Assembly: GCF_964275005.1 (NCBI RefSeq)
Contig: NC_092698.1
Coordinates: 24,225,037-24,289,036 of the forward strand
Direction: 5' to 3'
From: Diadema setosum
Lineage: Eukaryota
Length of the DNA stretch: 64,000 nt
Below, piece by piece: positions 1 through 12,408 of the stretch. The position numbers and the translations under genes are program-made. The notes under the pieces were generated by a model. The model had not been told where the DNA came from, made no database searches, and saw only the letters and a list, made by a program, of their open reading frames with translations. Each line of letters starts with the position of its first letter. Position 1 is the stretch's first letter.

Positions 1-719
1 GACCAGGTGATAGAGGTGAGAGCAAGGCTGGGATAGAATCCTCTAATCCTCATAGTCCTGATTGTATCTCAAGGGCCTTTGTTGCAGACGGTTGGATTAT
101 TGCACCAGAGTGACAATGAGCAACTTGTGTAGTGGTCAAATTTAGCTGGATATCAACCAAATACCAGTGAGAGCAATACATTGTAATTTGGCCTCATATG
201 GAGGTACACCTCAGCTGATTGGATATTTGATTTTTGAATATCTTTTTTTTTTGATAGAGGTTGATTATACCATTCCCATTATGTTCCGTCTCTGTGTTAT
301 TGCTTGCTATTCCCATTATGTTCCGTCTCTGTGTTATTGCTTGTGAATACTTAAGTATCAATTGATTTCATTTCAAGAGTCAGATGTTTTTTTTTTTCTT
401 TTCTTTTTTAAGTGATTTTATTTCTGGTAACAACATTTTTGCTTGGTATGGCTCACTCTTCTAGTCAAACAGACATAGAATCTCAGACATAGAATCTCTC
501 ATTGGTTCTTCCTGCATATCAGTCGTGAAATATAATTATGTGTCTTTTTTCCACCATTGGGTAGTTTATGTCATAAGCTAAAAGAAATGATGACCCTGGA
601 TATAAATGTGAAAGAGCTACCACATTTTAAAGATGCTTTCACCCTTATACCGGCTGGTAGATCCAGAAGCCAGCCTCACTCAAGTTTGACACCCGAACCC
701 TGGGCATCCCGGTGCACAG

Positions 720-909
720 TTTGGAGAAGCTGCACAAGATGAGTGAATCTGCCATCCAGATCTTTTTCGGCAATGTGGCCGACTCTCTCGGCAGCAAGGG
801 CGGGGACAAGTCGGCCGGCGCCCAGCGCACCAAGCTGCAGCTGCTGAACTACGTGGGCACGATCTGCAGCAACGGCGCCCTCGCACGGGCTGTGGCAACT
901 TCCAAGCTG
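720..909 (+). CDS. Exon of ARM/HEAT-repeat protein gene (first exon visible in window; starts in phase 2, so upstream exons lie outside the window)
   Basis: GC-rich open frame (…LEKLHKMSESAIQIFFGNVADSLGSKGGDKSAGAQRTKLQLLNYVGTICSNGALARAVATSKL). Acceptor cacag|T at 718-719 and donor CTG|gtaggt at 910. Phase is consistent with the downstream exons. Confidence 0.6.
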
Positions 910-1025
910 GTAGGTGTAGTGGGGATTTGTCATGCTTCTTTATTGATATTGATCATGCATGATAAGTAATTTCCTTTTGCCATCTTTCCATGCCATGCAA
1001 TTGCAATGGTTAAATAATTTGGAAG

Positions 1026-1216
1026 GTGGCTGTCTTCTTTTCTTCCTCCTCCTCTTCTTTTTTTCTCTTCTTCTCCTTCCTTTTCTTCATCTTCCTCTCT
1101 CTCTTCTTCTCCTTCTTCCTCTTCTTCTTCTTCTCTTTGCTTGTCTTCACCATCATCATCATCTTCTTCATCTTTTTATTTGTCATTTCCTTCTTCATCT
1201 GCCTCTTTCCATGCAA
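1026..1216. repeat. Polypyrimidine (CTT/CCT)n low-complexity tract
   Basis: ttcttcctcctcctcttctttttttctcttcttctccttcc…. Confidence 0.9.
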
Positions 1217-1951
1217 AAGATTCTTGCAAATAATGTTTGTGTGTGCAAAGCATTAGGAGCTTGTAGGTATGCGAGTGCCATGATGCAGGGTACTTGGTAT
1301 TCGTGCTTCACTGATTGGCTGATCATTGTCATGGGACTTTAACCCGTTGCAGACGAGTCCCGAGAATACTCGGACAGGTGTCTATGGGAAATGTGTGTTA
1401 TAGCAAAATCAGTCCGTCCTCAACAGGTTAATCTTTTAGATGTTACCGCTAGGATTGTTTATGTTGACCTTTGGCAAGGTGAGACCATTATGGAAGTGAC
1501 TTTTGCAGGAACACACACTGATATCAGGGTTGTTGGAGCATTTGACGTACATATGTTAATATAAAAGCTGCAAGGGTTTCTCTATGTGCCATGATGGATA
1601 TTGTGTTGTGTTTCGTTTTCACTCATAGTTTTAAGTCAGATTTTAACTACACTTGTGTGGTGAACATATGCTACATTAAGATACACAACCCTTATGTCAC
1701 CAATCACTAAACCCATTGCTGCAATGTATAAGAATTAGTTATTTTTTTTAGTACACTTTCTTTTATAAAATCTTATGGTTGATTCAGTCTGATAATCAAT
1801 TTCAAGTGATATTTTCAATTGATATTGAATACATGTTAACTGTATTGTGAGTTTTAGATGAATAAGGGTATTCCTTAAAATTTGTGATGAGGTAACACTG
1901 TGTTACTTGTTACACTTGTTAATCCATGTTACATTTTCTTCTCTTTGGTAG

Positions 1952-1998
1952 ATACCATGCCTGCTACAGCTCCTGAAACCATCTCAGCCACTTGAAAT
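1952..1998 (+). CDS. Small exon of the same gene (IPCLLQLLKPSQPLE…)
   Basis: Acceptor ctctttggtag|ATACC and donor GAAAT|gtgagt. A 47-nt length is needed to reconcile the phases between exon 720-909 (phase 0 end) and exon 3894-3972 (phase 1 start). The ARM-like motif VIPCLLQLL fits the gene. Confidence 0.45.
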
Positions 1999-2388
1999 GT
2001 GAGTATTGTTGAGATGTAATATGGCACACTCTAGGATTTTAGGCTTTTTTATTTTTATTACATTTTAAGTATTAATTTCTTCATATGAACTGGTGTATCT
2101 TGCCATGTGCCTGTTTTCATACTCAGGTGGTGTGCCTCCAATCCTGGGCTATTTTCATGTAGCCATGGAAGAGAGGAATATAGTAGATTTAAAAGAGAAG
2201 AAGTGAAAGTGGAAGGAAAATAAAGATTGATGGAAAGACAAAGAATTTATACCACATTGGAAAGTTGTTTAATTCTGTCTCCCTTCCCTCCGCCCCAAAG
2301 TTTCTGCAAACAAGCTCTCATGCTGTCTCCTAGTTGCCTCAGCCCTGCTCACAATTGGCTTGCCCAATTAAAGTCTCAGAGCTTTCTG

Positions 2389-2531
2389 ATAGTATACAAA
2401 TATACTTTGCCTTGAGAGTTTCTTGTTAAAACTATGGGCAGAGGCGACTCCAAAAGAACTATAGTTCTTTTGGAGGCACCGAGGCCTATGTTTTTAACAA
2501 GAAACTCGAAATTTGGCAAAGTATATTTGTT
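2389..2531. mobile_element. ~140-bp palindromic mini-MITE (CAAATATACTTTGCCTTGAGAGTTTCTTGTTAA…), with a partial second copy at 4645-4722
   Basis: The two halves are exact reverse complements, and the same termini recur at 4645-4722. Confidence 0.45.
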
Positions 2532-3893
2532 TTATATTTTGGATCAAAAATTTAAACAAAAGAAGGGGAAATGGGGGGAAATGCATAAGGTAGAAGTCAT
2601 ATGATGGATGCAATGTTGTGAAGGGATGCTACATTGATCCTACATTAAGAAGCATGTCGCTGCGCACGATGTCGGACCTGCTTTGTGATGTTTGTTAAAA
2701 ATGTTACATTTTCAAGCGCGACGTGCGGTTTTAAGGTGCGAAGCAATGCGCAATGTCAGAATTGTTTTTATGATGTCACAATTGTTTTGTTAGAAATTGA
2801 TACATTTCACAGAGTTAAGGTACAAGCAGTGCGCAATGTCAAAATTGCTTTGTGGCGTCACAAGCCATGGATGTAAAAATGAGCAGAGTTTTTCAAACCA
2901 CACAGCTTAAATTCTGGCTTTATACATCTGTGTGCTCCGTATGCCAAATATATGTGACCCGCTACAACAAAAGGATCCTGAAGTCGCTGACGGGCGAGCC
3001 GAGAAAATCGAGTTTGAAGTCAGATCATCAAAATCCGTCAAAACATTCGGATTTCTATTTTTGACATAATTTTGTAGTCTGATGTATCTTCTATCATCTG
3101 CCAAAATTTTGAAGCTAAATGATTAAAGTAAAGGCAAGAAAATAGCATTTTTCTGGGCCATGATTTTCTGACTTTCAACGGAACAGAAACGTATCCGAAG
3201 ATTTTGATTTAGTGCCGCAGCTAGACTCCGCCCCTAGCAACGAGAGAGTGATCTCATTGGTCAGTGTGTGGCATCCTGGTTACTGATTGGTCGTGCGTAG
3301 ACTGCTGGCGCTGAGCTTGAATGAACACGGCAGAGGTTGCTAGGAGCGTACCTTCTTTTGTCAAATGGTGAAAACTGTCTTGCTTCCCCTTGATCATGAT
3401 AGCATCGGAATGAAAACTTTGAAGGCGGTTTTCTCGATATGCTGATTTCCTAAACCACTCTACATGCTCTAATAAAATCATCCATATCTCCGCAGCCGAG
3501 TACTTTTATGAGACATGTTATGTATGGCATTAAACTGGAAGAGTAAGGTAATAATGTCATGTCATTTTCAGAAAATTGTCCTCCCCCGACTTTCGGATCC
3601 TTTTGTTCCAGTGGGTCACATGTGTTCTAAGGCCTCACACTCATTCACATATTGGCACAGTGGAAACCATAGAGTAGTGCATTTTCTCACCTTTGCTTTG
3701 CAAGGTTTCTGTGCATTGGCACATAAAGAGTTAAATAATCGTGAAGTAAGCAAACATCATGCTCGGCAAACTAGATGTGGATCGTTTATACTTACAGATG
3801 TGAAAATATTGGATTGGTAATTTCAGCAATGTTCGTCAAAGTCTTTGTAGGTTACCACATACAGGAAGTAACTTTTTGAGTGTCTGTTTGCAG

Positions 3894-3972
3894 CCGATGC
3901 CGCTCTGCCAGAGTATTGGGACTGATGGCGCAGTGCCTGGACGAACTTCCTCAAGAACTGCCATTTACTGAG
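3894..3972 (+). CDS. Exon of the same gene (…RCRSARVLGLMAQCLDELPQELPFTE)
   Basis: GC-rich island in an AT-rich intron. Acceptor tgtctgtttgcag|CCG and donor ACTGAG|gtaaga. Phase 2 in, phase 0 out links to exon 4799. Confidence 0.5.
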
Positions 3973-4798
3973 GTAAGAAATGTGTTGGTTTTTCCTCAAA
4001 TTTGGGCTATTTTCATTTGTTGTTTGTGTGTTGTTTATCTCAGGAATACACATACTGTAAGTTGTGAAATTACATGCATCTGACAAAGAAAAACCAGCAA
4101 ACCTGGGTGTGCCTGCTCATAAATCATAGTGTCATATTGTCAGGATGCTTTCTTTCTTATTTTTCAAGCACTTAGATATGGGAATTCATGTACAAACAAA
4201 TGCTTACAGATTGTATCAGTCTTCATGTTTTCATGTGAGTAAAGTTCTTTCAAGGATTTTTTTAATGAAAAATAATGGGTTTTGTCACTGGTGTTTGATG
4301 AATAGACCATGGAATAGTTAGTCGCTGATTTCAGTAGATGTTAGTATCATATGAGTGACACCTTTCTAACACAAATATCCACACTAACAGACAGACATTT
4401 TCAAATAGTACACTATTTGTGAAAAGATGTCATAAAGCAGTTCTGGCATCACATGCTGCTTTATACCATCCACTTTGTTAAATGTCACAAGCAATTGTGG
4501 CATCGCTCCTTGCTTCGTACCATCACTGTAGGATCCCTCCCTTACACTGCATTTGCCATGTGACTTCTTACCTCATCCTTTTCCTTCTTTTGTTGATTTT
4601 TCTTAAATCCAAAATATAAAGCAAATATACAGTGTACTCTGCCTAATTGCGAGTTTCTTGTTAACTCTTTGGTCCTCAGTGCTCATAGTTTTAACCAGAA
4701 ACTCTCAAGGCAAAGTACATTCATATATATTATAGTCAGTTATGATGATTCTGTGTGCATGTATGTAAGGGTGTATGGTTTTTCTTTTTCTACCATAG

Positions 4799-4984
4799 GT
4801 GATCACAGCTCTAACAGAGGTCCTCAGGGACAACAACCGCAACTCCAAGCTAAAGCAGAGCGTTGTCCCCGCAGTCGGTGAACTGCTGTTCCTGGCGGCC
4901 ACCCACGACCAGGACGGAACATCAGAGCCGACCGTGGTGCCCACCCTCACCTACACCATGATATCACGCTGTCTGCGAGAAGGG
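4799..4984 (+). CDS. Exon (VITALTEVLRDNNRNSKLKQSVVPAVGELLFLAATHDQDGTSEPTVVPTLTYTMISRCLREG)
   Basis: Acceptor taccatag|GTG and donor GGG|gtgagc. 186 nt, phase 0 to 0. Matches ORF track 4799..5047. Confidence 0.7.
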
Positions 4985-5396
4985 GTGAGCAAATTATCAT
5001 TTTCATTTGTGTGTACCCAACCTGATAGTAAAGAACAACCATGCTAAAGCAGGTGTTTGTTGAATCCAAAAGCAGTTTGGTCAGTTTATCCAATATATGT
5101 ATATGAAAGCATTCAAAGCAGCTGATATTTTTGCAGTTTAATACAAGAAGTATTATCGACTGTTGGGGCTTTTTATGCAAAGTGCAAATGCACAAGTTAG
5201 TGAGCAATAAGTACTTAATGAGCATATTTAAATGGGCAAAGGTATTGTGCAAAGTGAAAGTGCGTGATTTATTGAACTGAGTCATCACTGATGAGTACAA
5301 GTTGAAGTATATGATATGTAGGAAGAATCTCATGTAGAATCTACTAAGCAGCATTTGTGGAGAAATGTTCTTCTTATTGTTATTTTTTTTCCCTAG

Positions 5397-5558
5397 GAGG
5401 ATGCCTTTGTTCAGCACTTTGCCGCCAAGGTGGTGGAGAATGTGGCAGCCACAAACAGTGGCCACGGTGAGAAGCTAGCCACTGGGGAGGTCGGACACCT
5501 GCTCTGGCATCTCTTCACTCACTCCATGGCAGACACGCCCAAGATCTGCTCCATCTCG
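5397..5558 (+). CDS. Exon (EDAFVQHFAAKVVENVAATNSGHGEKLATGEVGHLLWHLFTHSMADTPKICSIS)
   Basis: Acceptor tttttttccctag|GAG and donor TCG|gtgagtgg. 162 nt, in phase. Confidence 0.7.
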
Positions 5559-6131
5559 GTGAGTGGTTTCCTGCCTCTTAAGTTACGCACAGAGTGACAA
5601 TTTATCGATCTATTGTGTCTTTGGAGAAGTTCAGAAAGTCAATGTGATCTTATTTGAATCTTCATGACGTGAAAGATTATGAATCTTTTGTGTAATTAGA
5701 GCATTTTTCATACTTTGTTGAGAGGGGTGTACTTTTATAATGTGCGATAATTATGTTTGCACTGTACAAATATTTACTTTTTCTAGTGGAGTAGGTTGCC
5801 CAGAGGACAACTACAGGTACTACAACCGCATATGTAGTGTTACCACACTTTTTTCTTTGCTAAGCTATAACTGTAAACAACATAGTATGCAAAGGAAATT
5901 TTTGAGAAGCAGAATATATGAGTAGAATATTTGAGAATGGGTATATGTAGGTGTTGCTCATACAAGAGAAATCATGAAATTATGCCGCCACAAGAAGTAA
6001 GATGTTAACACCTAGTTGAAGACAAATGAAGGCTTGGATTTATATCTAGTTCACACTGAAGATAAAACTAAACTGAGACTCTACGGACATTGAGACACCA
6101 ACTGTTCTCTCTTTTGTTTAAAACTTGACAG

Positions 6132-6314
6132 GCCCTGTCGAGAATCTGCCGGCATTCAGTCACCATCTTTCAGAGCATCATCGACAAGGTGGGCCTGCCC
6201 AAGGTCCTGGAGGGGCTGGCGGTCAACATCAGCCGTGTCCAGCAGGCCCTGGTCACCATGTTTGCCCACCTCTTGACCGAGGGCTCGCACATTCAGCGCA
6301 TCACTCAGGACAGG
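6132..6314 (+). CDS. Exon (ALSRICRHSVTIFQSIIDKVGLPKVLEGLAVNISRVQQALVTMFAHLLTEGSHIQRITQDR)
   Basis: Acceptor ttgacag|GCC and donor AGG|gtaaaa. 183 nt. GC-rich. Confidence 0.7.
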
Positions 6315-7203
6315 GTAAAATGAATAACTTATGTCCGCAATGGTTTAACCTTGTCTGTGCCTGGCACTTTGGACGTTGTGTCCAAGGCTGTGGGGTCCCC
6401 TGTGCCAATCAGTGCTCAAGAGCACACAAGGTGTTAAGCTACAGAAAAATGCATTCATGGTCACATGCACAGAAATAGAGAGGAGACAGTGTAACATTGC
6501 ACCATGTCCTTGCGAGACGCTCAGAGCTGACTTTGTGTCTTGGTCTTAATGTTGAGTCCACAAGTGGTACTGCATAATTCAAGCCCCATCTTTGGATAAA
6601 CCTTCCTTTCAGTGTCTGAACTCACTGTTTATTCTTTGTGATGACCAAGGTGTGGAGTTTTCGCCAAGGGCTACTCTATGTTGTGTGCTTTGAGAGTCAA
6701 GATTGGGCCACACTTACAGTGGGGAGAACAAACAATGCATGTATGAGAATCAACATTAAAGACGATTACTCATATACATGAATAAATTTTTGAAATGCTT
6801 AATTATGAGACCTTTGTGGAAAACAAATGCCAAATTGTTCTTCCGTCGTATAACTTTGTGTGTTTGGTCGAATTTGATGTAACCATTGTGACACATCAGT
6901 TTATTAATCAAATTGACACACACATGCAAATTCAATAGAGTTCTTGCCACACTTTTCAGTAAAGATTATGTGATCCCTTTGAGGTTTGTGTCAACTTTTT
7001 TTTTTTTTTTTTGGGGGGGGGTGCAATTTGAGTTTATTTTTAATACCTAATTGAGGTTTCCTGTGCACGTTGTACAGAAGAGCATAATACCCTTTACAAA
7101 ATTTAACCAAAGTTTGCACAGTAAAGTGAAGACTCTCTAACTGCAGTTAGTTCACATGAGTTCTCAAGACACCAGGAATACCATGTCTCCCTGTCCTACC
7201 CAG

Positions 7204-7331
7204 GAGTTCTGTCTCCACATCATGAAGCTGGTGGAGAGCCCGTCTGTCCTGATCCGTGCCAAGGCACTCCTGGTCGTCCTTGAGATCATCAAGAGCAGCC
7301 CCGAGATGATCATGACCTGCTGTCAGGCCAG
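7204..7331 (+). CDS. Exon (EFCLHIMKLVESPSVLIRAKALLVVLEIIKSSPEMIMTCCQA-)
   Basis: Acceptor cctacccag|GAG and a perfect donor CAG|gtaaga. 128 nt, ends in phase 2. Confidence 0.7.
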
Positions 7332-9009
7332 GTAAGACAAAAGTATTTTATTTTTTTAATCATTATTACTATTTAGTAATTTCCATTTTCCATAAATGGA
7401 AAGCAGAGTAATACAAAGAATAGTGTAAAAAACAAACAAACAAACGAACAAACAAACAATCCTGAAATAGAATATGTGCAAAGACAGTGTATGAAAAGAT
7501 AACAAATATACATGTGAGGAATTGCCCATGCAGCTGCATCAACAAGGATACTGCTGTTTTTTCATGGGGTCCTGAGAAAATGGACACTGCTAAACGTATT
7601 CATATGAATGATTAAGTCAAAGAAAAAATACATACGCAAAAGTGGAGTCTCTTCAGCCCTTCCTCTCTTTCACTTTCCTCTCTCAGTTTCTTTCCCTCTC
7701 TGTCCTTCTCTTGCTTTCTTTCTCTCTCCTTCAACTTTTGTGGAATAACTGACTCTGAGCTGAAATGAGCCGCTTGCCGGGAGAAGTGAAACTTCCTTCC
7801 TTGAGCTAACATTATTGCAGCACCACTGCATTAAATATATATTCAATAAGTTCTGAAAGGTAATCTTTTGATGCAAAATTATATATATATTTTTTTAGAT
7901 GCTATTGTACATTCAGTCATGTAGAAAGGAGACAATTTTTACTCAATTGTCAAGAATAGGCATACAAAACAGTATTTTATGACTGTTGTTACGACCAAAA
8001 TCACTCTGAGAATGATCGCACAAAAGAAACAATCAACTAATGTTCAGGCGGTTTATTAACAGTGATATCGTGGGTACAGACTCGTAATCGGTTTTCACAT
8101 CAGTACAATAATGATCAATAAAACAAGTATAAATCAGTAGTGGAATCACTTACACGTAGCTGATATCAGGTAATCCTTTAATTGAAAAGGTCCAAATGCA
8201 ATGTTCGATGCACAAATGAATAATCCTTGACGTGCCGATGAATGATTCCTCCGACGTATCTCCAGAGGCACAGGCTGCATTAATCCACAGTATAAATCCG
8301 GGGTAAAATCCACGATATATGTTCACGGCGAAATGCGCAGAATCCAAACATTGTGACGACCACGTCCAGTTGATGCGTTGAATGATGATTCACTTTATAA
8401 TGTCCAGCAAAGAATCCAGCCCGTCACAGCTTTGCCGTAACAATGTCCGTTGACACTAAAACATGGAGTCTATCTCCAATGTAGGCAAATTAATTCTCTG
8501 CAGGCAAAATGTCTCCCAGGCCTTATCTCCACAAACACAGTTTGTATAGCAGGTCAGCAGGTAACACAGGACTGACTATAACAAGTCGCTTCAGAGCCAG
8601 AAGTGACGTAACTCTCAGAGCAGAGGTGTTGGGTACTCTGCCTACCTCAGAATTTCTCCAGCTTATATACTATCCATTCACCCCTTTCTAGTACATTCTA
8701 TAATTTTCTCCAACCTGGGGCCACATACCTGAACATACTAGCAAGTCCAAATTCCAGGAATCCTGGATGACTCACTGCCTAACTATGTGCATTAAAATCA
8801 TTGCCAAAATTAACTACCAATCACACTGGGCTACAGGGACAGTGCCTCACTCATCCAAATATGTAAGCACTTCCCAGAATTTTCTGGAATGGGTTAAATC
8901 ATTCTAGATTGAGTGAGCTATAATGTATTTCCTGTCACATGCATACATGTACTGTAGCTACATTGTATACCACATAGAAAATTCTCCACTGATCTGGTCA
9001 GCCTGTATG

Positions 9010-12000
9010 TACTATATAATAATAATAATAATAATACATTTATATAGCGCATTTTCCATAGACATACATGTTCAAATGCGCTTTACCAGTGGATTATTGA
9101 TATTAACGGAACAAGTGGGTTTTTAGATGTTTTTTGAAGGTGACGAGAGATTGCTGGCTGCGGAGAGTTTTGGGAAGTTGATTCCACAGTTTGGGAGCAG
9201 CAGATGAAAATGCTTTATCACCAAGTGTGGCCAGCATCTTGGAAGTTGGGTGATTCAGTGTGATACCTTGTGAGGAGCGGAGGGTGTACCGGGATGGGTG
9301 ACGGATGGTTATGAGATCAGATAAGTAAGGAGGGGCAAGACCATGGATACATTTGAAAGTGAGCAGAAGTATCTTGTAGTGGATCCTGGACCTGATGGGA
9401 AGCCAGTTCAGTTGACGGAGGACAGGTTGCATGTGGGAAAATTTGGATGTGCCTGTGGCAAGTCTGGCAGCTGCATTCTGAACCCGCTGTAATTTCTCAA
9501 TCTGGGTAGCAGTGGCACCGTAGAGCAGGCCATTACAGTAGTCGAGGCGGCTGGTGATGAAGGCATGAATGATGGTGAGTAATGATCTCTGGTCCAGATA
9601 TTTGTGAATTCGACGGATGTTGTGCAGATGGTAAAAGGCTGCCTTACATGTCATTAGGACATGCTGATCCATGTTCAAGGTTGAATCGAAGATGCAACCC
9701 AAATTCTTGACATGAGATGCAGGAACAATATTAGCGTTGCCAATCGTGATGTTGGGAATGTTGATCTTTTGGAGTTGTCGCCGTGTGCCAATGATGACGA
9801 ACTCGGTCTTATCATCGTTGATTAACAATCTGTTTGTTGCCATCCAAGTTCGAATATCCCTGAGACAGCACTCCATCACTTCTACAGCTTCTCTTTCACT
9901 AACATTGCCATCAGGCCTGAATGAAAAGTAAACTTGAGTATCATCAGCGTAGCAGTGGGCGCGCGGGAGATGTTTTTCTAGGACATCAAACAGGTCAGAT
10001 GTATAGATGGAGAACAAGAGGGGACCCAAACAGGATCCTTGTGGGACACCACAGTGCAGATCAAACCTCTCAGACTGAGAGCCACAGATGGTTACTCGTT
10101 GACTCCTACCAAGCAGGTATGACTGAAACCATTCCAGTGTATGTCTGGAAAGCCCTATCTTGGTGTGCAAACGTCTGAGAAGAGTTTTGTGGTCGACGGT
10201 GTCAAAAGCGGAGCTCAGGTCCAACAACACAAGTAGAGTGACTTGTTGCGAGTTCATGTTGAGGAGAATGTCATTCTTGATTTTCAACAAAGCAGTTTCA
10301 GTGCTATGATTTTTTCTGTACGCAGACTGGAAGAGAGGAAACAGAGAATGCTTGCCCATGTGATGCTGAAGCTGGTCACAAACAGCACTCTCGACCAGTT
10401 TGGACAGGAAGCTCAGATTGCTAATCGGACGGTAGTTCTTGAAGTCACACTCCAATCCATGTCTCTTTAACAGGGGTGTAATGAAGGCCTCTTTCCAGTC
10501 TTCAGTGAATGTTCCAGACTGTAGGGATAAGTTAATGACATCTCTCAAGACTGGAAGAAGTGGGTCCAGACAACTCACAACAAGTTGAGAAGGCATTGGA
10601 TCACACTGGCAAGACTTTTTTCCGCACCTCACAACAAGGGCCTTGACATCTGTGACCGATAAGGTGGAGAAGTGGTCAAGCACAATGTCATCAGGAGGAC
10701 ATGAGGACACAGAGCTGGACATGGAGGGAGGTGTAGTGGGACATCCATCTGGAGTGAGTTCATCAATTTTCAGGCGAATTGATTCAATTTTCTGCATGAA
10801 GAAACTCCCAAAGTCGTTTGCTAGAGCTACAGTGTCAGGATTGGGAGGAAGAGGAACATCTTGTTTACGTCCAAGTAGCTTATTTGTGCACTGGAACAGT
10901 TCACGTGGGTTGGACTTGTGCTTGTCAATGAATGATGTGTAGAAGTCGTGCCGTGCAGCGCTCATCACATTATTCGCGCATGTTCTCTTCTCCTTATATT
11001 CAGCAAGATCAGTGTCAGAACGTGTGCGCCTCCATTTACGCTCAGCTCGTCTCTTGAGCCTTTTAGCTGTCTTCACATCATTGTTGTACCAAGGAACAAG
11101 ACTGTGTGATGAGATCTTCTTTGTCAAGAGAGGAGCGTGATCATCCAGGGCTTGTGACAAGGTTGCGTTATAGCAGTCAACAAGTTCATGTAGATCCTTC
11201 GGAGTGTCAGTGCAAAGTCTGGATGAACGTAGGTCATCTTTCAATGAATCCAGGTCTATAGACTTTAATTTCCGATATGAAATCTCCTTCACAGGCACAG
11301 CAGGCTTCTCAGCATTCAGATGACAAATCACAGAAGAATGATCTGAGAGAAAGTGATGTGGCATTGGCTGGCAAGAAACAATGTTTTCTGCTTGACGAGA
11401 AATAACAAGATCCAAGATATGGCCTGATTCATGTGTGGACTCGACGACATGCTGCTGTAAGCCTAAAGACTCCAAAAGATCAACAAACTGGGAAGATGAT
11501 GGATCATTTGGTAAGTCAACATGAATGTTAAAGTCACCAGTAAGCAGAAGCGGATCTGTAGACAAGACAAGAGACTCGAGGTATTCACCAAATTCTCTGA
11601 CGAAAGTGTTTATTGAGACTGGATGGTTAGCTGAATATGGTGGCCTATAAATGACTGCCAAACACAAGCGGAAAGATTTATACTTGATGTTCCATTCTGA
11701 ATATTCAAAGGATTGGTAAGGTTTCAGTTCACGCTTCATCACTTGTATTCCATCTCTAGCCAAGAGGGCTATGCCACCACCAGGTCGGGATAGCCGAGGA
11801 TGATCGAGAAGCTTATAGCCTGGTGGGGTCACTTCAGCCCTGTGGGCATCATCAATATCTTTCAACCATGTCTCGGTTATAACAAAAAGATCGAATTTCT
11901 CGTTCGTGACATAGTCAACAAGGGAGCAGGTTTTGTTCCGAACTGACCTTGCATTGACCATGCCAAATTTCACATTTGACTTCTCTCCATCTTGGCATTG

Positions 12001-12408
12001 ACATATAAAATGTCCCCTTTGAGCACTGGGATTTGAAACAGGATTCCTAATGAAGCGCTTATTCTGGCCACTGCGACAACCTCTCTGAGTACTGGGAATA
12101 ACATTCACTCCACAGCTGCGGATTCTACACATAACACTTGGGTCAATGATTGGAAAGACAGGGCAGCCACTCCCGATTGTCAATAGTTCTTCTCTGCTGT
12201 AGGTAATCATAGTCCTGCGGTAATCAGGCCTATTGTTGCATGAGATAGCGAACAAAGGACTGTCTGACAGAGGTGTGCAAGCCACCAGGCATACCATCCA
12301 AGCTTGAATGAGGATTAGTCCAGAGAACAAAGAGGCAACACTTCCTTTCAGGCGAGGTCTTCTTGCTCCAAAGAACATTGTGAGAGGTTCATGTGTTGCC
12401 AGCAGCAA
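9010..12408 (-). mobile_element. L2/CR1-like (APE-type) non-LTR retrotransposon, antisense within a host-gene intron. It ends in a 3' (ATT)n microsatellite tail.
   Basis: The 1101-aa ORF contains an EEP endonuclease (…FDLFVITETWL…, …SDHSSVICHL…) and an RT (…LLDLSSAFDTVDH…, …YADDTQVY…). It also has the conserved C-terminal …NWLPIRSRIHYKILLLTFKCIHGLAPPYLSDL… domain typical of L2-clade LINEs. The (ATA)n tail at 9015-9036 lies on the 3' side. Confidence 0.75.
9103..12408 (-). CDS. LINE ORF2-like polyprotein (endonuclease + reverse transcriptase), intact 1101 codons
   Basis: Uninterrupted ORF in the track with the EEP and RT motifs listed above. Confidence 0.8.
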   Translation of the reverse strand: MLLATHEPLTMFFGARRPRLKGSVASLFSGLILIQAWMVCLVACTPLSDSPLFAISCNNRPDYRRTMITYSREELLTIGSGCPVFPIIDPSVMCRIRSCGVNVIPSTQRGCRSGQNKRFIRNPVSNPSAQRGHFICQCQDGEKSNVKFGMVNARSVRNKTCSLVDYVTNEKFDLFVITETWLKDIDDAHRAEVTPPGYKLLDHPRLSRPGGGIALLARDGIQVMKRELKPYQSFEYSEWNIKYKSFRLCLAVIYRPPYSANHPVSINTFVREFGEYLESLVLSTDPLLLTGDFNIHVDLPNDPSSSQFVDLLESLGLQQHVVESTHESGHILDLVISRQAENIVSCQPMPHHFLSDHSSVICHLNAEKPAVPVKEISYRKLKSIDLDSLKDDLRSSRLCTDTPKDLHELVDCYNATLSQALDDHAPLLTKKISSHSLVPWYNNDVKTAKRLKRRAERKWRRTRSDTDLAEYKEKRTCANNVMSAARHDFYTSFIDKHKSNPRELFQCTNKLLGRKQDVPLPPNPDTVALANDFGSFFMQKIESIRLKIDELTPDGCPTTPPSMSSSVSSCPPDDIVLDHFSTLSVTDVKALVVRCGKKSCQCDPMPSQLVVSCLDPLLPVLRDVINLSLQSGTFTEDWKEAFITPLLKRHGLECDFKNYRPISNLSFLSKLVESAVCDQLQHHMGKHSLFPLFQSAYRKNHSTETALLKIKNDILLNMNSQQVTLLVLLDLSSAFDTVDHKTLLRRLHTKIGLSRHTLEWFQSYLLGRSQRVTICGSQSERFDLHCGVPQGSCLGPLLFSIYTSDLFDVLEKHLPRAHCYADDTQVYFSFRPDGNVSEREAVEVMECCLRDIRTWMATNRLLINDDKTEFVIIGTRRQLQKINIPNITIGNANIVPASHVKNLGCIFDSTLNMDQHVLMTCKAAFYHLHNIRRIHKYLDQRSLLTIIHAFITSRLDYCNGLLYGATATQIEKLQRVQNAAARLATGTSKFSHMQPVLRQLNWLPIRSRIHYKILLLTFKCIHGLAPPYLSDLITIRHPSRYTLRSSQGITLNHPTSKMLATLGDKAFSSAAPKLWNQLPKTLRSQQSLVTFKKHLKTHLFR

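Noticed and set aside
959-1342. ORFs 959-1342, 1010-1216 and 1026-1256 (poly-Leu, Lys and Phe peptides)
   Set aside because: They are translations of a (CTT/CCT)n polypyrimidine tract in three frames, and are low-complexity artefacts.
8150-8700. Short ORFs in 8.1-8.7 kb, and ORFs in 2.2-3.1 kb
   Set aside because: These are AT-rich intronic sequence with no splice-consistent frame and no compositional signal. ORF 3880-4083 partly overlaps the real exon 3894-3972, but then reads into the intron.
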